64,000 nucleotides of DNA from Chloroflexota bacterium (GCA_016178045.1 JACOUE010000041.1:5627-69626); one strand, 5' to 3'; numbered from the stretch's first letter, positions 50,077-59,667 are shown. The notes: generated from the letters alone by a model not told the origin. Numbers and translations: made by a program.

Positions 50077-51270
50077 CTACCCCCGCGGCAGGCCCAGGCC
50101 GCGCATGGCGATGATGTTCCGCATCACCTCCGACGTGCCGGCGGCGATGGTCGTGGCCACCGAGGCGACGTAGTAGTCGGCGATGCGCCCGGCCAGGGGC
50201 GCCCAGCGGCTCCCCGGCTTGAGCTGCCCGCCCAGGCCCAGGACCTCGATGCCCGCCCGCGCCAGCCGCTGCTGCAGCTCCGAGCCGTAAAGCTTGGAGA
50301 TGGACGCCTCCGCGTTGGGGATCCGTCCCTGCGACTGGAGCCAGGCGACGCGGTAGGCGAGCAGGCGGCCGGCGTGGAACTCGATGTGTAGCTCCGCCAG
50401 CTTGTTGCGGAGGGGCTCGCGGTCGATGATGCGGCCGCCGTCGCGCGCCGTCTCCCGCGAGTAGGCGACCAGCTCCTCGTAGGTGCGGAAGCCGGCCACG
50501 ACGCGGTTGATGCCGGACCGCTCGAAGTCCAGGGTGGCGGCGGCCACGTACCAGCCGCGGTTCAGCTCGCCGACCAGGCAGTCGCGGGGGACGCGGACGT
50601 TGTCGAAGAAGACCTGGTTGAACGTCTGGCGGCCGGTCATGTCGGCCAGGGGCTGGATGGTGATGCCCGGCGTCTTCATGTCGAGGAGGAAGTAGCTGAT
50701 CCCCTTGTGCTTGGGGGCGTCGGGATCGGTGCGAGCGAGCAGGATCATCCAGTCGGCGACGTTGGCCAGCGACGTCCAGATCTTCTGGCCGTTGACCACG
50801 AAGTAGTCGCCCTCGGCCACCGCCGCCGTCTGGAGGGAGGCGAGGTCGGAGCCCGAGCCGGGCTCGCTGAACCCCTGGCACCAGATCACCTCGGCGCCGG
50901 CGATGGCTGGCAGGTGCCGCCCCTTCTGCTCCTCGTTGCCGAAGACGATGATCGTCGGCCCCACCCGGTCCGGGCCCACGCCCAACTGCTGGGGGGCGCG
51001 GTGGTAGGCCATCTCCTCGTTGTAGATGAGCTGGTTCATGTGGCCCGCGGCCAGGCCCCCGTGCTCCTTGGGCCAGGCCAAGGTCAGCCACCCCTTGCGG
51101 GCGAGCTTCTTCTGGAAGCTCCGCATCTCCTCGAAGCCGCGGCCGCCGCCGTAGCCGAGCGGGCTCTCGGCGCCGGCGCCTTCCGTGACCTCCTGCGGCC
51201 ACTCGCCGCGGACGAACCCGCGTACCTCCCGGCGGAAGGCGTCCTCTTCGGGGGAAAAGCGGAACTCCAT
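50077..51270 (-). CDS. Acyl-CoA dehydrogenase
   Basis: WCQGFSEPGSGSDLASL, NGQKIWTS, TIAAGTSEVMRNIIA..GLGLPR. Confidence 0.92.
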   Translation of the reverse strand: MEFRFSPEEDAFRREVRGFVRGEWPQEVTEGAGAESPLGYGGGRGFEEMRSFQKKLARKGWLTLAWPKEHGGLAAGHMNQLIYNEEMAYHRAPQQLGVGPDRVGPTIIVFGNEEQKGRHLPAIAGAEVIWCQGFSEPGSGSDLASLQTAAVAEGDYFVVNGQKIWTSLANVADWMILLARTDPDAPKHKGISYFLLDMKTPGITIQPLADMTGRQTFNQVFFDNVRVPRDCLVGELNRGWYVAAATLDFERSGINRVVAGFRTYEELVAYSRETARDGGRIIDREPLRNKLAELHIEFHAGRLLAYRVAWLQSQGRIPNAEASISKLYGSELQQRLARAGIEVLGLGGQLKPGSRWAPLAGRIADYYVASVATTIAAGTSEVMRNIIAMRGLGLPRG

Positions 51271-51323
51271 CGACTCTCCTGACGTGGACGGCAGGCGCTT
51301 CGGGCGCCGACCAGTATATACTG

Positions 51324-51890
51324 TTGGCAACCAGCGCGAAAGCTGGCCGCCGTACCCCTGCTCGTTCTCCTCCTGGTCGCCTGCCTGGGTTAGGAGGGGG
51401 GAGCCACGGCGTCCGCTGGGCCGACCGCGACAAACTGGCCGTCCGTGGGGTGCGCGGCCTCCGCTTCGGCTTCCTCGCCTTCCACTGGGGTGCGGAGTAC
51501 GTGTCGGTGCCGCAGTCAGCGGAGGGGATCGCCCCCGACGACCCGGTGGAGATCGCCCACCTGGCCGTGGACGCCGGCGCCGACTTTATCATCGGCAACC
51601 ACCCGCACTGGGTGCAGGCGGTGGAGCTGTACAGGGGCAAGCTGATCGTCTACGCCCACGGCAACTACATCTTCGACCAGATGTGGAGCTACGAGACGCG
51701 GGTGGGGGTCATCGGTCTCTACACGTTCTACGACGATAAGCTGGTTCGGGTGGAGTTCATCCCCACCATCATCGAGGACTATGCCCAGCCGCGGCTGCTG
51801 TCGGCCGGAGAGGCGGGTGGTCCTGGACGGGATGAAGGCGGCCAGCCGCGAGCTGGCGGCGAGTCTCTCGCCGTGATCAGCGCCCCTTGA
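51324..51890 (+). pseudogene. Degenerate CapA/PgsA-family metallophosphatase
   Basis: HWGAEY, GAD.IIGNHPHWVQ, GNYIFDQ retained; N-terminal half missing, FGFLAF joined directly to HWG; lipoprotein-like remnant PLLVLLLVAC in another frame. Confidence 0.75.
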
Positions 51891-52686
51891 ACTGCGGCTC
51901 GCGCTTCTCCACAAAGGCCCGCGGGCCCTCGCGGGCGTCCTCGGTGCTCTGGGCGATGAGCATAGCCCCCTGCGCCGCCTCCAGCGCCTCGTCCACATCG
52001 GTGCGGAGGCCCCGGTACACTAGCCGCTTCGCCAGATGGATGGCCACCGCCGGCCCCCGCGCCAGGCGCTGGGCGAAGTCGCGCGTGTAGGGCATCAGCT
52101 CGTCATGGGGGACGACGGCGCTCACGTAGCCGACCCGCAGCGCCTCCTTCGCGTCGATGATGTCGCCCGTCCAGATCAGCTCCAACGCCTTGGCGATGCC
52201 CACGATGCGGGGCAGGTAGTAGCAGCCGCCGTCGCCGGGGCTGAGGCCCATGCGCACGTAGGTCATACCGAATCGGGCGTTCTCGGAGGCGATGCGGATG
52301 TCGGCCATGGAGGCCATGTCCATCCCCGCTCCCACCGCCGCCCCGTTCACGGCCGCGATGTACGGCTTGTCGAGCTCGGCGAGGAGGCGGGGGATGCGCT
52401 GGACGCTGTCGCGCAGGAAGTTGCGGTTTTCGGCCAGCGACCGCTCCCTCTGCATCAGCCCCTCCGCCGCCCCGGCGCCCACGTCCGCCCCAGAGCAGAA
52501 GCCCCGGCCGGCCCCCGTCAGGACGATCGCCCGCACGGCGTCGTCGAGCCGGGCGTCCTGGAGGGAGGCGTACCACTCGTCCAGCATCTGGCGGGTGAAG
52601 GCGTTCATCCGCTCGGGCCGGTTGAGGGTGATTGTGGCGATGCCGTCCGCCTTCTCGAAGATGATCTGCTCGAAGTTCATGATCAA
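51877..52686 (-). CDS. Enoyl-CoA hydratase/isomerase
   Basis: LNRPERMNA, FCSGAD, AVNGAAVGAG, EKREPQFKGR. Confidence 0.92.
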   Translation of the reverse strand: MIMNFEQIIFEKADGIATITLNRPERMNAFTRQMLDEWYASLQDARLDDAVRAIVLTGAGRGFCSGADVGAGAAEGLMQRERSLAENRNFLRDSVQRIPRLLAELDKPYIAAVNGAAVGAGMDMASMADIRIASENARFGMTYVRMGLSPGDGGCYYLPRIVGIAKALELIWTGDIIDAKEALRVGYVSAVVPHDELMPYTRDFAQRLARGPAVAIHLAKRLVYRGLRTDVDEALEAAQGAMLIAQSTEDAREGPRAFVEKREPQFKGR

Positions 52687-52694
52687 TCCCCTTT

Positions 52695-52745
52695 CGTAGG
52701 GCGAGGCCCCAGCCTCGCCGGTCGGGGCTGGGGCCCCGACCTACG
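52695..52745. repeat. GTAG-type REP doublet
   Basis: CGTAGGGCGAGGC..GCCTCGCC GGTCGGGGC..GCCCCGACCTACG. Confidence 0.65.
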
Positions 52746-52762
52746 TGGTTGTCCGTTCGGCG

Positions 52763-53602
52763 CTACAGCATGGCGACGCCGCCGTCCACGTTGATGCACT
52801 GCCCCGTGATGTAGTCCGCCCGCGGCGAGACCAGGAACGCCACCACCGCCGCGATCTCCGACGGGTCGGCCTGCCGCCCCAATGGGATGAACCGGCTCAC
52901 CCCCTGCTTCACCATCTCGAAGGGGATGCCCATCCGCTCGCCGGTGCGGCGGAAGGTGCCGTCCATCATGTCGGTGTCGGTGGAGCCGGGGGCGACGCAG
53001 TTCACGTTCACTTTGTACGGCGCGAGCTCCAGCGCCAGCATCTGGGTGAGGCCCACCACGCCGAACTTGCTGGGGGTGTACGCCCCGTAGCGGGCCTGGC
53101 CCAGACGCCCCGCCATCGACGACAGGTTGACGATCTTTCCGCCCTCGCCCTGCCGGATGAGCACCTCGGCCACCGCCTTGCAGCAGTGATAGACGCCGTT
53201 CAGGTTCACGTCCACCTCGCGCGACCACTCGTCGTCCTCCAGCTCCCAGAGGGCCTTCTTCCCGGCCACCAGGGCCAGCCCGGCGTTGTTCGCCAGGATA
53301 TCGATCCGGCCCAGCTCCTCCAGCGTCTTGTCCACCATCGCCCGCACCTGCGCACCGTCGGTAACGTCGACATCCAGCGCCAGCGCCCGCCGGCCGAGCG
53401 CCCGGATCTCCTCCGCCACCGACTCGGCGCCGCGCCAGCCGGCCTGCCGCTCGGCCTCGGGGAACCGCTCCTGCGGGCGGGCGACGGCGGTGACGGCGAC
53501 GTCGGCGCCGACTTGGGCCAGGCGCAGGGCGATGGCGCGGCCGATGCCGCGCAGGCGCCCCGCGCCGGTCACGATGGCTACTTTACCGTCGAGCTGCCCC
53601 AT
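52763..53602 (-). CDS. SDR oxidoreductase
   Basis: TGAG..RGIG, NNAG, YTPSK, VDGG. Confidence 0.92.
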   Translation of the reverse strand: MGQLDGKVAIVTGAGRLRGIGRAIALRLAQVGADVAVTAVARPQERFPEAERQAGWRGAESVAEEIRALGRRALALDVDVTDGAQVRAMVDKTLEELGRIDILANNAGLALVAGKKALWELEDDEWSREVDVNLNGVYHCCKAVAEVLIRQGEGGKIVNLSSMAGRLGQARYGAYTPSKFGVVGLTQMLALELAPYKVNVNCVAPGSTDTDMMDGTFRRTGERMGIPFEMVKQGVSRFIPLGRQADPSEIAAVVAFLVSPRADYITGQCINVDGGVAML

Positions 53603-53606
53603 CTTC

Positions 53607-54824
53607 TTACGCCTGCGCGGAGGGACGCTCCTCCATGACTACAGTCGCCGACGTCCGCCGCTCGGACATGGCCCAGAGGCCGAGGCTCAGGGCGAGGGTG
53701 ACGGCCAGCAGTCCCGACAGGCCCAAAAAGGCCGCGCTCGTGTCCCAGCGGTCGACGAGGACGCCGGCCAGCACTCCCCCCGTCCCGCCGAGGCCGAAGC
53801 CGGCGAAGAACGACACGCCGTAGCTGCGGCCCACTGCCCCCGCCGGTGTGTAGTCGGCGATGAGGCCGGTGAACACCGGCTGGTTGGCGAAGTAGAGGCA
53901 GATGAACAGTGAGGCGACGACCACCAGGCCGGCGCCCTCCACGATGCCCGTCAGCACCAGGGCCGGCAGGGCGAGCAGTGTCAGGAGGGGCGCCAGCCGC
54001 TCCAGCTTGAACCTCTGCGACAGCGAACCGCCTGCGTACTGGCCCATCGCGCCCATGATCAGGGCCACCGTTACGAAGACGCCGCCCAGGTCTTTGTTCA
54101 CCAGGTCCTCCATGTGCTTGGGCAGGAACGTGATCGCGCCGCGGTACACCATGCCGTTGACCACGAACGCTGCATACACCATTAGCAGCGGGACGAGGAA
54201 GTGGTTGACCCGCCGTTGTGGCGCTCCTTCCCTAACCACAGTGCTCCCGGTGACGACGACCTCGCCCTGGCCCTGCACCGGCAGGACGACCCGGGTGAAC
54301 ACCAGGGCCAGCACTGCGGTCAGGGCGCCGAGGAAGAAGAAGGCGGCCCGCCAGTCGATGGCGACGGCCAGCCCTATCGCCAGGACCGGTGCCGCCGCCT
54401 GACCCAAGTTCCCGGCCACGCCGTGGTACCCCAGCGCCAGCCCCCGCTGCCGCACTCCCTGCGCCATCAGCGAGATGCCCGCCGGGTGGTACAGGCCGAT
54501 GCACAGGCCCAGCAGCGCCAGCGTCCCGGCCAGGAACCACTCGTTGGGCGATAGGCCTACCAGCACCGCGGCGACACTCGCGCCGGTGAAGGTGTAGAGC
54601 AGCACACGCCGAGAGCCGAGCCGGTCGGTGAGGAAGCCGGCGGGGATGGCGCTGGACCCGAAGGCCCAGCCGAACATGCTGGAGACGGTGCCCAGGATCA
54701 CGGCCCGTACGCCGAAGTCGTCACCGATGCGGGTGAGGAGGGCGGGGTACGTCAGCTCCGCGACGTGGACCAGGGCGTGGGCGACGGTGGCGTAGGCGAT
54801 GAGGCGGCGCTCGGCGGCGTTCAC
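53607..54824 (-). CDS. MFS transporter
   Basis: About 12 TM segments; GFLTDRLGSRR motif A; YHP. Confidence 0.9.
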   Translation of the reverse strand: MNAAERRLIAYATVAHALVHVAELTYPALLTRIGDDFGVRAVILGTVSSMFGWAFGSSAIPAGFLTDRLGSRRVLLYTFTGASVAAVLVGLSPNEWFLAGTLALLGLCIGLYHPAGISLMAQGVRQRGLALGYHGVAGNLGQAAAPVLAIGLAVAIDWRAAFFFLGALTAVLALVFTRVVLPVQGQGEVVVTGSTVVREGAPQRRVNHFLVPLLMVYAAFVVNGMVYRGAITFLPKHMEDLVNKDLGGVFVTVALIMGAMGQYAGGSLSQRFKLERLAPLLTLLALPALVLTGIVEGAGLVVVASLFICLYFANQPVFTGLIADYTPAGAVGRSYGVSFFAGFGLGGTGGVLAGVLVDRWDTSAAFLGLSGLLAVTLALSLGLWAMSERRTSATVVMEERPSAQA

Positions 54825-54894
54825 GACAAGTCAACGGAATCCAGCGCAAAGGTGAGCAAGAGGGATTATAGCACGGAGCGTATCTGAGGGAGCC

Positions 54895-56244
54895 CTAGAG
54901 CAGGCCCTCGGCCTGCATCTCGCCGATTACGGCGTCTAACGCCTCGATCACCTTCCCGACGTCCGCCTCCGTGTGGGCCGTGGAGGTGAAGCCGCCGCTC
55001 TGGCCCATTAGGTCGACGCCGTGGTTGATCATGCCCCGCTTCAGGGCCAGGCCCAGCGGCGCCCGCATACGCGCCGGCACCTGTCCGTTCTGCCATGGCC
55101 ACTCGATGCCCCCCACAGGCCGCGGGCAATCGGTGCCGAGGACGACGTGGAAGTAGGAGGCGAGGCCGTAGGCGCCCCCGGGCACCTTCCGGCGCTCGAT
55201 CACCTGGTTCAGGCCGGGGACCAGTTTCGCCATGAGGCCGTCGACGTACTCGTGGTGCTCGCCGCCGGCGATGAAGGAGAGCATGGCCGCTCCCGCCGCC
55301 GCCGAGAGCGGGTTGGCGTTGTATGTGCCGGGGTGGGCCACCCGCTGCGAGGCGTTCCAGCCGGCGTCGTCGCGGAACTCGATCATGGCGAGCACATCGG
55401 CCTTACCGGCGACGCCGCCGCCCGGCATGCCCCCCGCCAGGATCTTGGCCAGGCAGGTCAGGTCCGGCGTCACGCCGTAGAGGGCCTGCGCCCCGCCCGG
55501 GGAGACGCGAAAGCCGGTCACCACCTCGTCGAAGATGAGGAGAGCGTTGTGGCGGCTGGTCAGCTCGCGGAGCTCGGCCAGGAAGCCGGGTCGCAGCGGC
55601 AGCGTCCCCCACGACGCCCCCGTCGGCTCCACGATCACCGCGGCCACGTCCCCCTCCTCCAGCCGCTCCGCCACCAGCGACGCGTCGTTCTGGGGCACGC
55701 TGATGGTGTTGCTGAGGGTGGCCGCGGGCACGCCGGCGGAACGCGGCACGTCCGACTCGGCGTAGCGGGCCCCCATGACGGAGTCGTGCCAGCCGTGGAA
55801 GTGGTAGTCGAACTTAAGGAGCCGGTCGCGGCCCGTGTAGGCGCGGGCCAGGCGGATTGCTATCAGAGTCGCTTCCGTGCCAGAGCTGGTGAAGCGTACC
55901 TCCTCCGCGCTGGGGATCAGGCGCTTCACCCAGTTCCCCCACTCCAGCTCCAGCCGGTGGCTGGCGCCGTAGTGCGTCCCCTTATGCGCCTGCTCGGTTA
56001 TCGCCTTCGTGATGACAGGGTGGGCGTGGCCCAGGAAGAGCGCGCCGTGCCCCATCACCAGGTCGATGATCTCGTTGCCGTCCACATCCCACTTGCGGGC
56101 GCCTTCCGCCCGCTCGACATAAAGAGGGAACGGGGTCAGGTAGCGGATATCGTGGGTCACGCCCGAGGGGAACGTCGTGACCGCCTCGGCGTGGAGGGCG
56201 GCGGACCCGGGGTGGAGCCGCCGGTACTCGTGGAGGATCGGCAC
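54895..56244 (-). CDS. Class III aminotransferase (GSA aminomutase-like)
   Basis: GTG 56244; WDVDGN, SSGTEAT, FHGWHD, FDEVVTGFR, AKILAGG, GTYNANP. Confidence 0.9.
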   Translation of the reverse strand: MPILHEYRRLHPGSAALHAEAVTTFPSGVTHDIRYLTPFPLYVERAEGARKWDVDGNEIIDLVMGHGALFLGHAHPVITKAITEQAHKGTHYGASHRLELEWGNWVKRLIPSAEEVRFTSSGTEATLIAIRLARAYTGRDRLLKFDYHFHGWHDSVMGARYAESDVPRSAGVPAATLSNTISVPQNDASLVAERLEEGDVAAVIVEPTGASWGTLPLRPGFLAELRELTSRHNALLIFDEVVTGFRVSPGGAQALYGVTPDLTCLAKILAGGMPGGGVAGKADVLAMIEFRDDAGWNASQRVAHPGTYNANPLSAAAGAAMLSFIAGGEHHEYVDGLMAKLVPGLNQVIERRKVPGGAYGLASYFHVVLGTDCPRPVGGIEWPWQNGQVPARMRAPLGLALKRGMINHGVDLMGQSGGFTSTAHTEADVGKVIEALDAVIGEMQAEGLL

Positions 56245-57317
56245 TACTCGACCAGCTCCTCTCTGAGCTGGCGCTTCGTCCTGAAGTAGGGGACGAAGGG
56301 GAGGTCGCGCATGGTGATGAGCCCGATGAGGGAGCGGGCGTTGGCGACGGCGGGCACGCAGTTGGCCAGGATGGCGGCCGTGGCCTGGTCGCCCTGGACG
56401 CCGCCCGCGATGGCCACCTTCAGCGGCGGCTTGCCGTCGATCACGATGACGTCGCGGGGGTCCTTGGCGTCCAGGGACATCTCCAGCTCCAGCCGGATGA
56501 CTTCCCGGCCGGACATCAGGCCGCGGGCGGTCTGTCTGACGCCGGCGACGTATCCCCGCTCCACCACGAAGTACTCCGTCTTCTTGCGTTCCTGAGCGAT
56601 GACCGGCTCGATCGTCTCGGCGATGTCGTCGAGGCGCCACCCCAGCGTATCGGCCATCACGGAGACCGACTCGCGCAGCCCCACGTGGCCGATGCTGCCG
56701 TTGGCCTCCTGCTGGAACCCCTGCACGCTCAGGCCGACGCCTACCTTGCGCTGGAGCTGCATCCGCCGCGTCGACACGTCCACCACCCGTGTCACCTGGA
56801 TCGACTTGATGTGCTGGCAGGCCGTGGTCAGCACCAGCGGCAGCGTGTCCATGACGAAGCCGGGGTTCACTCCCGTCCCCAGGATGCGGACGCCTGTCTC
56901 CCTTGCCCTCTTGTCCAGCGTCCGGGCGATGTCGGGATGATGCCGCCAGGGGTAGGAAAGTTCCTCGCAACTAGATATAACGTTCTTCTCCGCCGCGACG
57001 ATTTGCAGCAGTTCCGGGCAGACCGTAGTCAGGTGAGAGCCCGTAGCGTGCACCACCACGTCGGCGTAGACGTCCTTGAGCACCGGCTCCGGGTCGTGCG
57101 ATACGGTGATGCCCACCGTCCGCCCGATCCCGGCCGCATCCCCCAGGTCCTTCCCCGCCTTGGCCGGGTGGGAGTCGATGGCGCCGACTATCTCGACGTC
57201 GGGTCGCTCGAGAAGCAGGCGGATCACCTCGCTGCCCACGGCGCCGATGCCGAAGTGGATAGTACGGATCTTCTCACCCTGCACGTAGGCCTCCACGTTC
57301 CAAGTCCTAGGCCACAC
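56244..57317 (-). CDS. 2,4-diaminopentanoate dehydrogenase / DapB-like NAD(P)-dependent amine dehydrogenase (start may be GTG 57296)
   Basis: GIGAVG, NVISSCEEL, LGTGVNPGFVMD, GD.ATAA. Confidence 0.8.
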   Translation of the reverse strand: MWPRTWNVEAYVQGEKIRTIHFGIGAVGSEVIRLLLERPDVEIVGAIDSHPAKAGKDLGDAAGIGRTVGITVSHDPEPVLKDVYADVVVHATGSHLTTVCPELLQIVAAEKNVISSCEELSYPWRHHPDIARTLDKRARETGVRILGTGVNPGFVMDTLPLVLTTACQHIKSIQVTRVVDVSTRRMQLQRKVGVGLSVQGFQQEANGSIGHVGLRESVSVMADTLGWRLDDIAETIEPVIAQERKKTEYFVVERGYVAGVRQTARGLMSGREVIRLELEMSLDAKDPRDVIVIDGKPPLKVAIAGGVQGDQATAAILANCVPAVANARSLIGLITMRDLPFVPYFRTKRQLREELVE

Positions 57318-58092
57318 TTTCCAGGAACTCCAGCGCTAACCGATTAAACGTCTCCGGCTGCTCAAAGTAAACCGAGTGGCCCGCCCCCGCCACCACCACC
57401 ATCCGCGAGTGCGGGATAAGCCGCGTGGCCACCTCCACGAGGAACGGCGGCATCAGGTCGTCCTCCTCGCCGACGATGAACAGGACGGGCACGTTCAGCC
57501 GCGCCAGCCCGTCGGCGCCGGTGTCGAGGCGCGGGTACTGCCGGACGAAGTCGTCGGCGCGCTTCGGGTTGAGGGCCGCCACCTGCCGGTAGAGGAAGGC
57601 CATCTCCGGCCGCTCGCGGATGAACCGCTGGCCCAGCGCCCGCCTGGGCCCCATCTTCCGGCGGCGCCAGATCTCCTCCGCCCGCTGCCGCGTCTCCTCG
57701 TCGGCGGCCAGCCACACCTCCCGCCGCATCCCCACGATGCTGTCCGCCATCACCAGCGCCCGCACCCGCTCCGGATAGCGTAGAGTATACCCCAAAGCGG
57801 TGAGCCCGCCCATCGACTGGGCCACCAGCCGGACTTCATCGATCCCCAGGTGCTCGATAAGGGCCCCGAGGTCGTCGATGAACGCTTTCGGGCCCAGTGG
57901 ACTGTGGCCGTCGAGGGATAGGCCGAAGCCACGCTGGTCGTACACGAGGCACTTGTAGCGCCTGGCGAAGTCGGGTACCTGCTGCCACCAGCTGAGGTGG
58001 TTCCCCCCGGCCCCGTGGGCAAAGACCAGCCACGGCCCTTCGCCGTGAATCTGGTAGTAGAGGCTAATGCCGTTTACCCGCGCCTTGGGCAT
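57307..58092 (-). CDS. Alpha/beta-fold hydrolase
   Basis: HGAGG, DQRGFG, AQSMGG, GEED, GHS. Confidence 0.9.
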   Translation of the reverse strand: MPKARVNGISLYYQIHGEGPWLVFAHGAGGNHLSWWQQVPDFARRYKCLVYDQRGFGLSLDGHSPLGPKAFIDDLGALIEHLGIDEVRLVAQSMGGLTALGYTLRYPERVRALVMADSIVGMRREVWLAADEETRQRAEEIWRRRKMGPRRALGQRFIRERPEMAFLYRQVAALNPKRADDFVRQYPRLDTGADGLARLNVPVLFIVGEEDDLMPPFLVEVATRLIPHSRMVVVAGAGHSVYFEQPETFNRLALEFLESVA

Positions 58093-58188
58093 CTCCGGCT
58101 CTCACCGATGATACTTGAGCAGGCCGAGCCGGGGCAACAGGTGTTTCGGCGCTGGCGGCAAACCTTCCCTGCGCGTACAATAGCTCTG

Positions 58189-59484
58189 ATGGCACCCGCT
58201 CCAGAAGAGCCGGACCCACCGGCCACCACCGCCGCCCCGCCTCCCAAAGCCCGCCGCCGCCACCGTGGCGGCCGCCGCCAGCGGCCCCGATCAGAGGCAG
58301 CGCCGCCCGTCGCTACGGCGGAAACGGTCGCTCCCGAAGAGCCCACACCGGAACCGGAGGCCAGGCCGAAGTCCCGGACGGCCCGCCGGCGCGCCCAGCG
58401 CCGTCGCGCTGCCGAGGCGGCCCACGCCCCCGAGGCGGTCGCAGCTCCCGAACCGCAGCGGCGCCGAAGACCGGCCGCAGTTCGCGAGCCGCAGCCGCCT
58501 CGAAGAGCGGCCGTAGCTCGCGAGCCGGCGCCGCCCCGGAGAGCGGCCGCGCCTCCCGAGGCGCCGCCGCGCCGGCGAAGGGCGGCTCCCCGCCGCCGCG
58601 CCGGCAAAGAGGCGCCGATTGAACGCCTGCCGGGGCCATTCGTCCACCCTTCGGAGGCGGAGTTCGCGGGCATCCTCGACTTCTACAACATCGAGTGGAA
58701 GTACGAGCCCCGCTCGTTCCCCCTGCGCTGGGAGCACGGCCGCGTGGCCGAGGCGTTTACCCCCGACTTCTACCTGTCCGAGTTCAACCTCTACGTGGAG
58801 CTGACCACCCTCAAGTCCAACCTAACGGCCGAGAAGAACCGCAAGGTGCGCCTCCTCCGCCAGCTCTACCCCGAGGTCAACGTCAAGCTCCTCAAAAAGC
58901 GCGACCTCTTCCGCCTCCTCACCAAGTACGGCTACGGCCCGCTCGACCCGGAGGAGGTCCCCGACATCGACCACATCCTGATCTCCACCGGCAAGCTCCA
59001 GCAGCGGGTGGTCGAGATGGGGAAACAGATCAGCAGCGACTACGCGAACCAGGAGCCCGTCCTGGTCGGCGTCCTGAGGGGCGTCTTCTGCTTCCTCGCC
59101 GACCTCGTCCGTCACATCTCCGTCCCCGTGACCCTCGACTTCATGTCGATCTCGTCCTACGAAGGCGACGGGGGCGGCGCCGTCAAGATCCTGAAGGACC
59201 TGGACGAGAACATCAAGGGCCGCGACGTCATCCTGGTGGAGGACATCGTCGATACGGGGATGACCCTGAACCACGTCCTCGACTACCTCTGGGCGAAGAA
59301 GCCGGCCTCCCTCCGCGTCTGCACGCTCCTGGACAAGAGCGTCCGCCGCCTGACCACCGTGAACGTGGACTACGTGGGCTTCGAGGTCCCGGACGAGTTC
59401 GTGGTGGGGTACGGCCTCGACTTCCGCCAGCGCTACCGTAACCTGCCGTTCATCGCGGTGCTCAAGCACGAGCTGCTGCCCTGA
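58189..59484 (+). CDS. hpt: Hypoxanthine phosphoribosyltransferase with a low-complexity N-terminal region and a nuclease-like domain
   Basis: VLRG, ISSY, VEDIVDTG.TL, FVVGYGLD..YRNLP; upstream SE..F...W.YEP..F...PDFYL...YVE. Confidence 0.88.
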   Translation: MAPAPEEPDPPATTAAPPPKARRRHRGGRRQRPRSEAAPPVATAETVAPEEPTPEPEARPKSRTARRRAQRRRAAEAAHAPEAVAAPEPQRRRRPAAVREPQPPRRAAVAREPAPPRRAAAPPEAPPRRRRAAPRRRAGKEAPIERLPGPFVHPSEAEFAGILDFYNIEWKYEPRSFPLRWEHGRVAEAFTPDFYLSEFNLYVELTTLKSNLTAEKNRKVRLLRQLYPEVNVKLLKKRDLFRLLTKYGYGPLDPEEVPDIDHILISTGKLQQRVVEMGKQISSDYANQEPVLVGVLRGVFCFLADLVRHISVPVTLDFMSISSYEGDGGGAVKILKDLDENIKGRDVILVEDIVDTGMTLNHVLDYLWAKKPASLRVCTLLDKSVRRLTTVNVDYVGFEVPDEFVVGYGLDFRQRYRNLPFIAVLKHELLP

Positions 59485-59638
59485 AACTGGGCCCCACCAC
59501 TGCATAATTTTTTCCACATGCTTTCCACAGCGGTGTCTCTTCAGGAGTAAGCGGGCCTCTTTTGCTAGCTCGGACGAGGATATATGAGGAAAGGCGGCCT
59601 TATTGACCCCTACTGGAGTGTGCGGTCGCTTTGCCCTC

Positions 59639-59667
59639 TTGACAACCTCATCTCTTGGGAGCACAAT
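59639..59667 (+). promoter_or_regulatory. sigma70 promoter for the small RNA
   Basis: TTGACA-17 nt-CACAAT; predicted +1 at about 59674. Confidence 0.7.

Noticed and set aside
47275-50121. Prophage, integron or CRISPR interpretation of the cassette region
   Set aside because: No integrase, phage genes, attC-like sites or regularly spaced repeat-spacer array
54895-56970. 691-aa aminotransferase fusion
   Set aside because: The upstream part is an alternate frame of the dehydrogenase gene; the real start is GTG 56244
58430-58605. Tandem DNA repeats in the hpt 5' region as a separate element
   Set aside because: Degenerate and in frame; they encode the low-complexity protein tail
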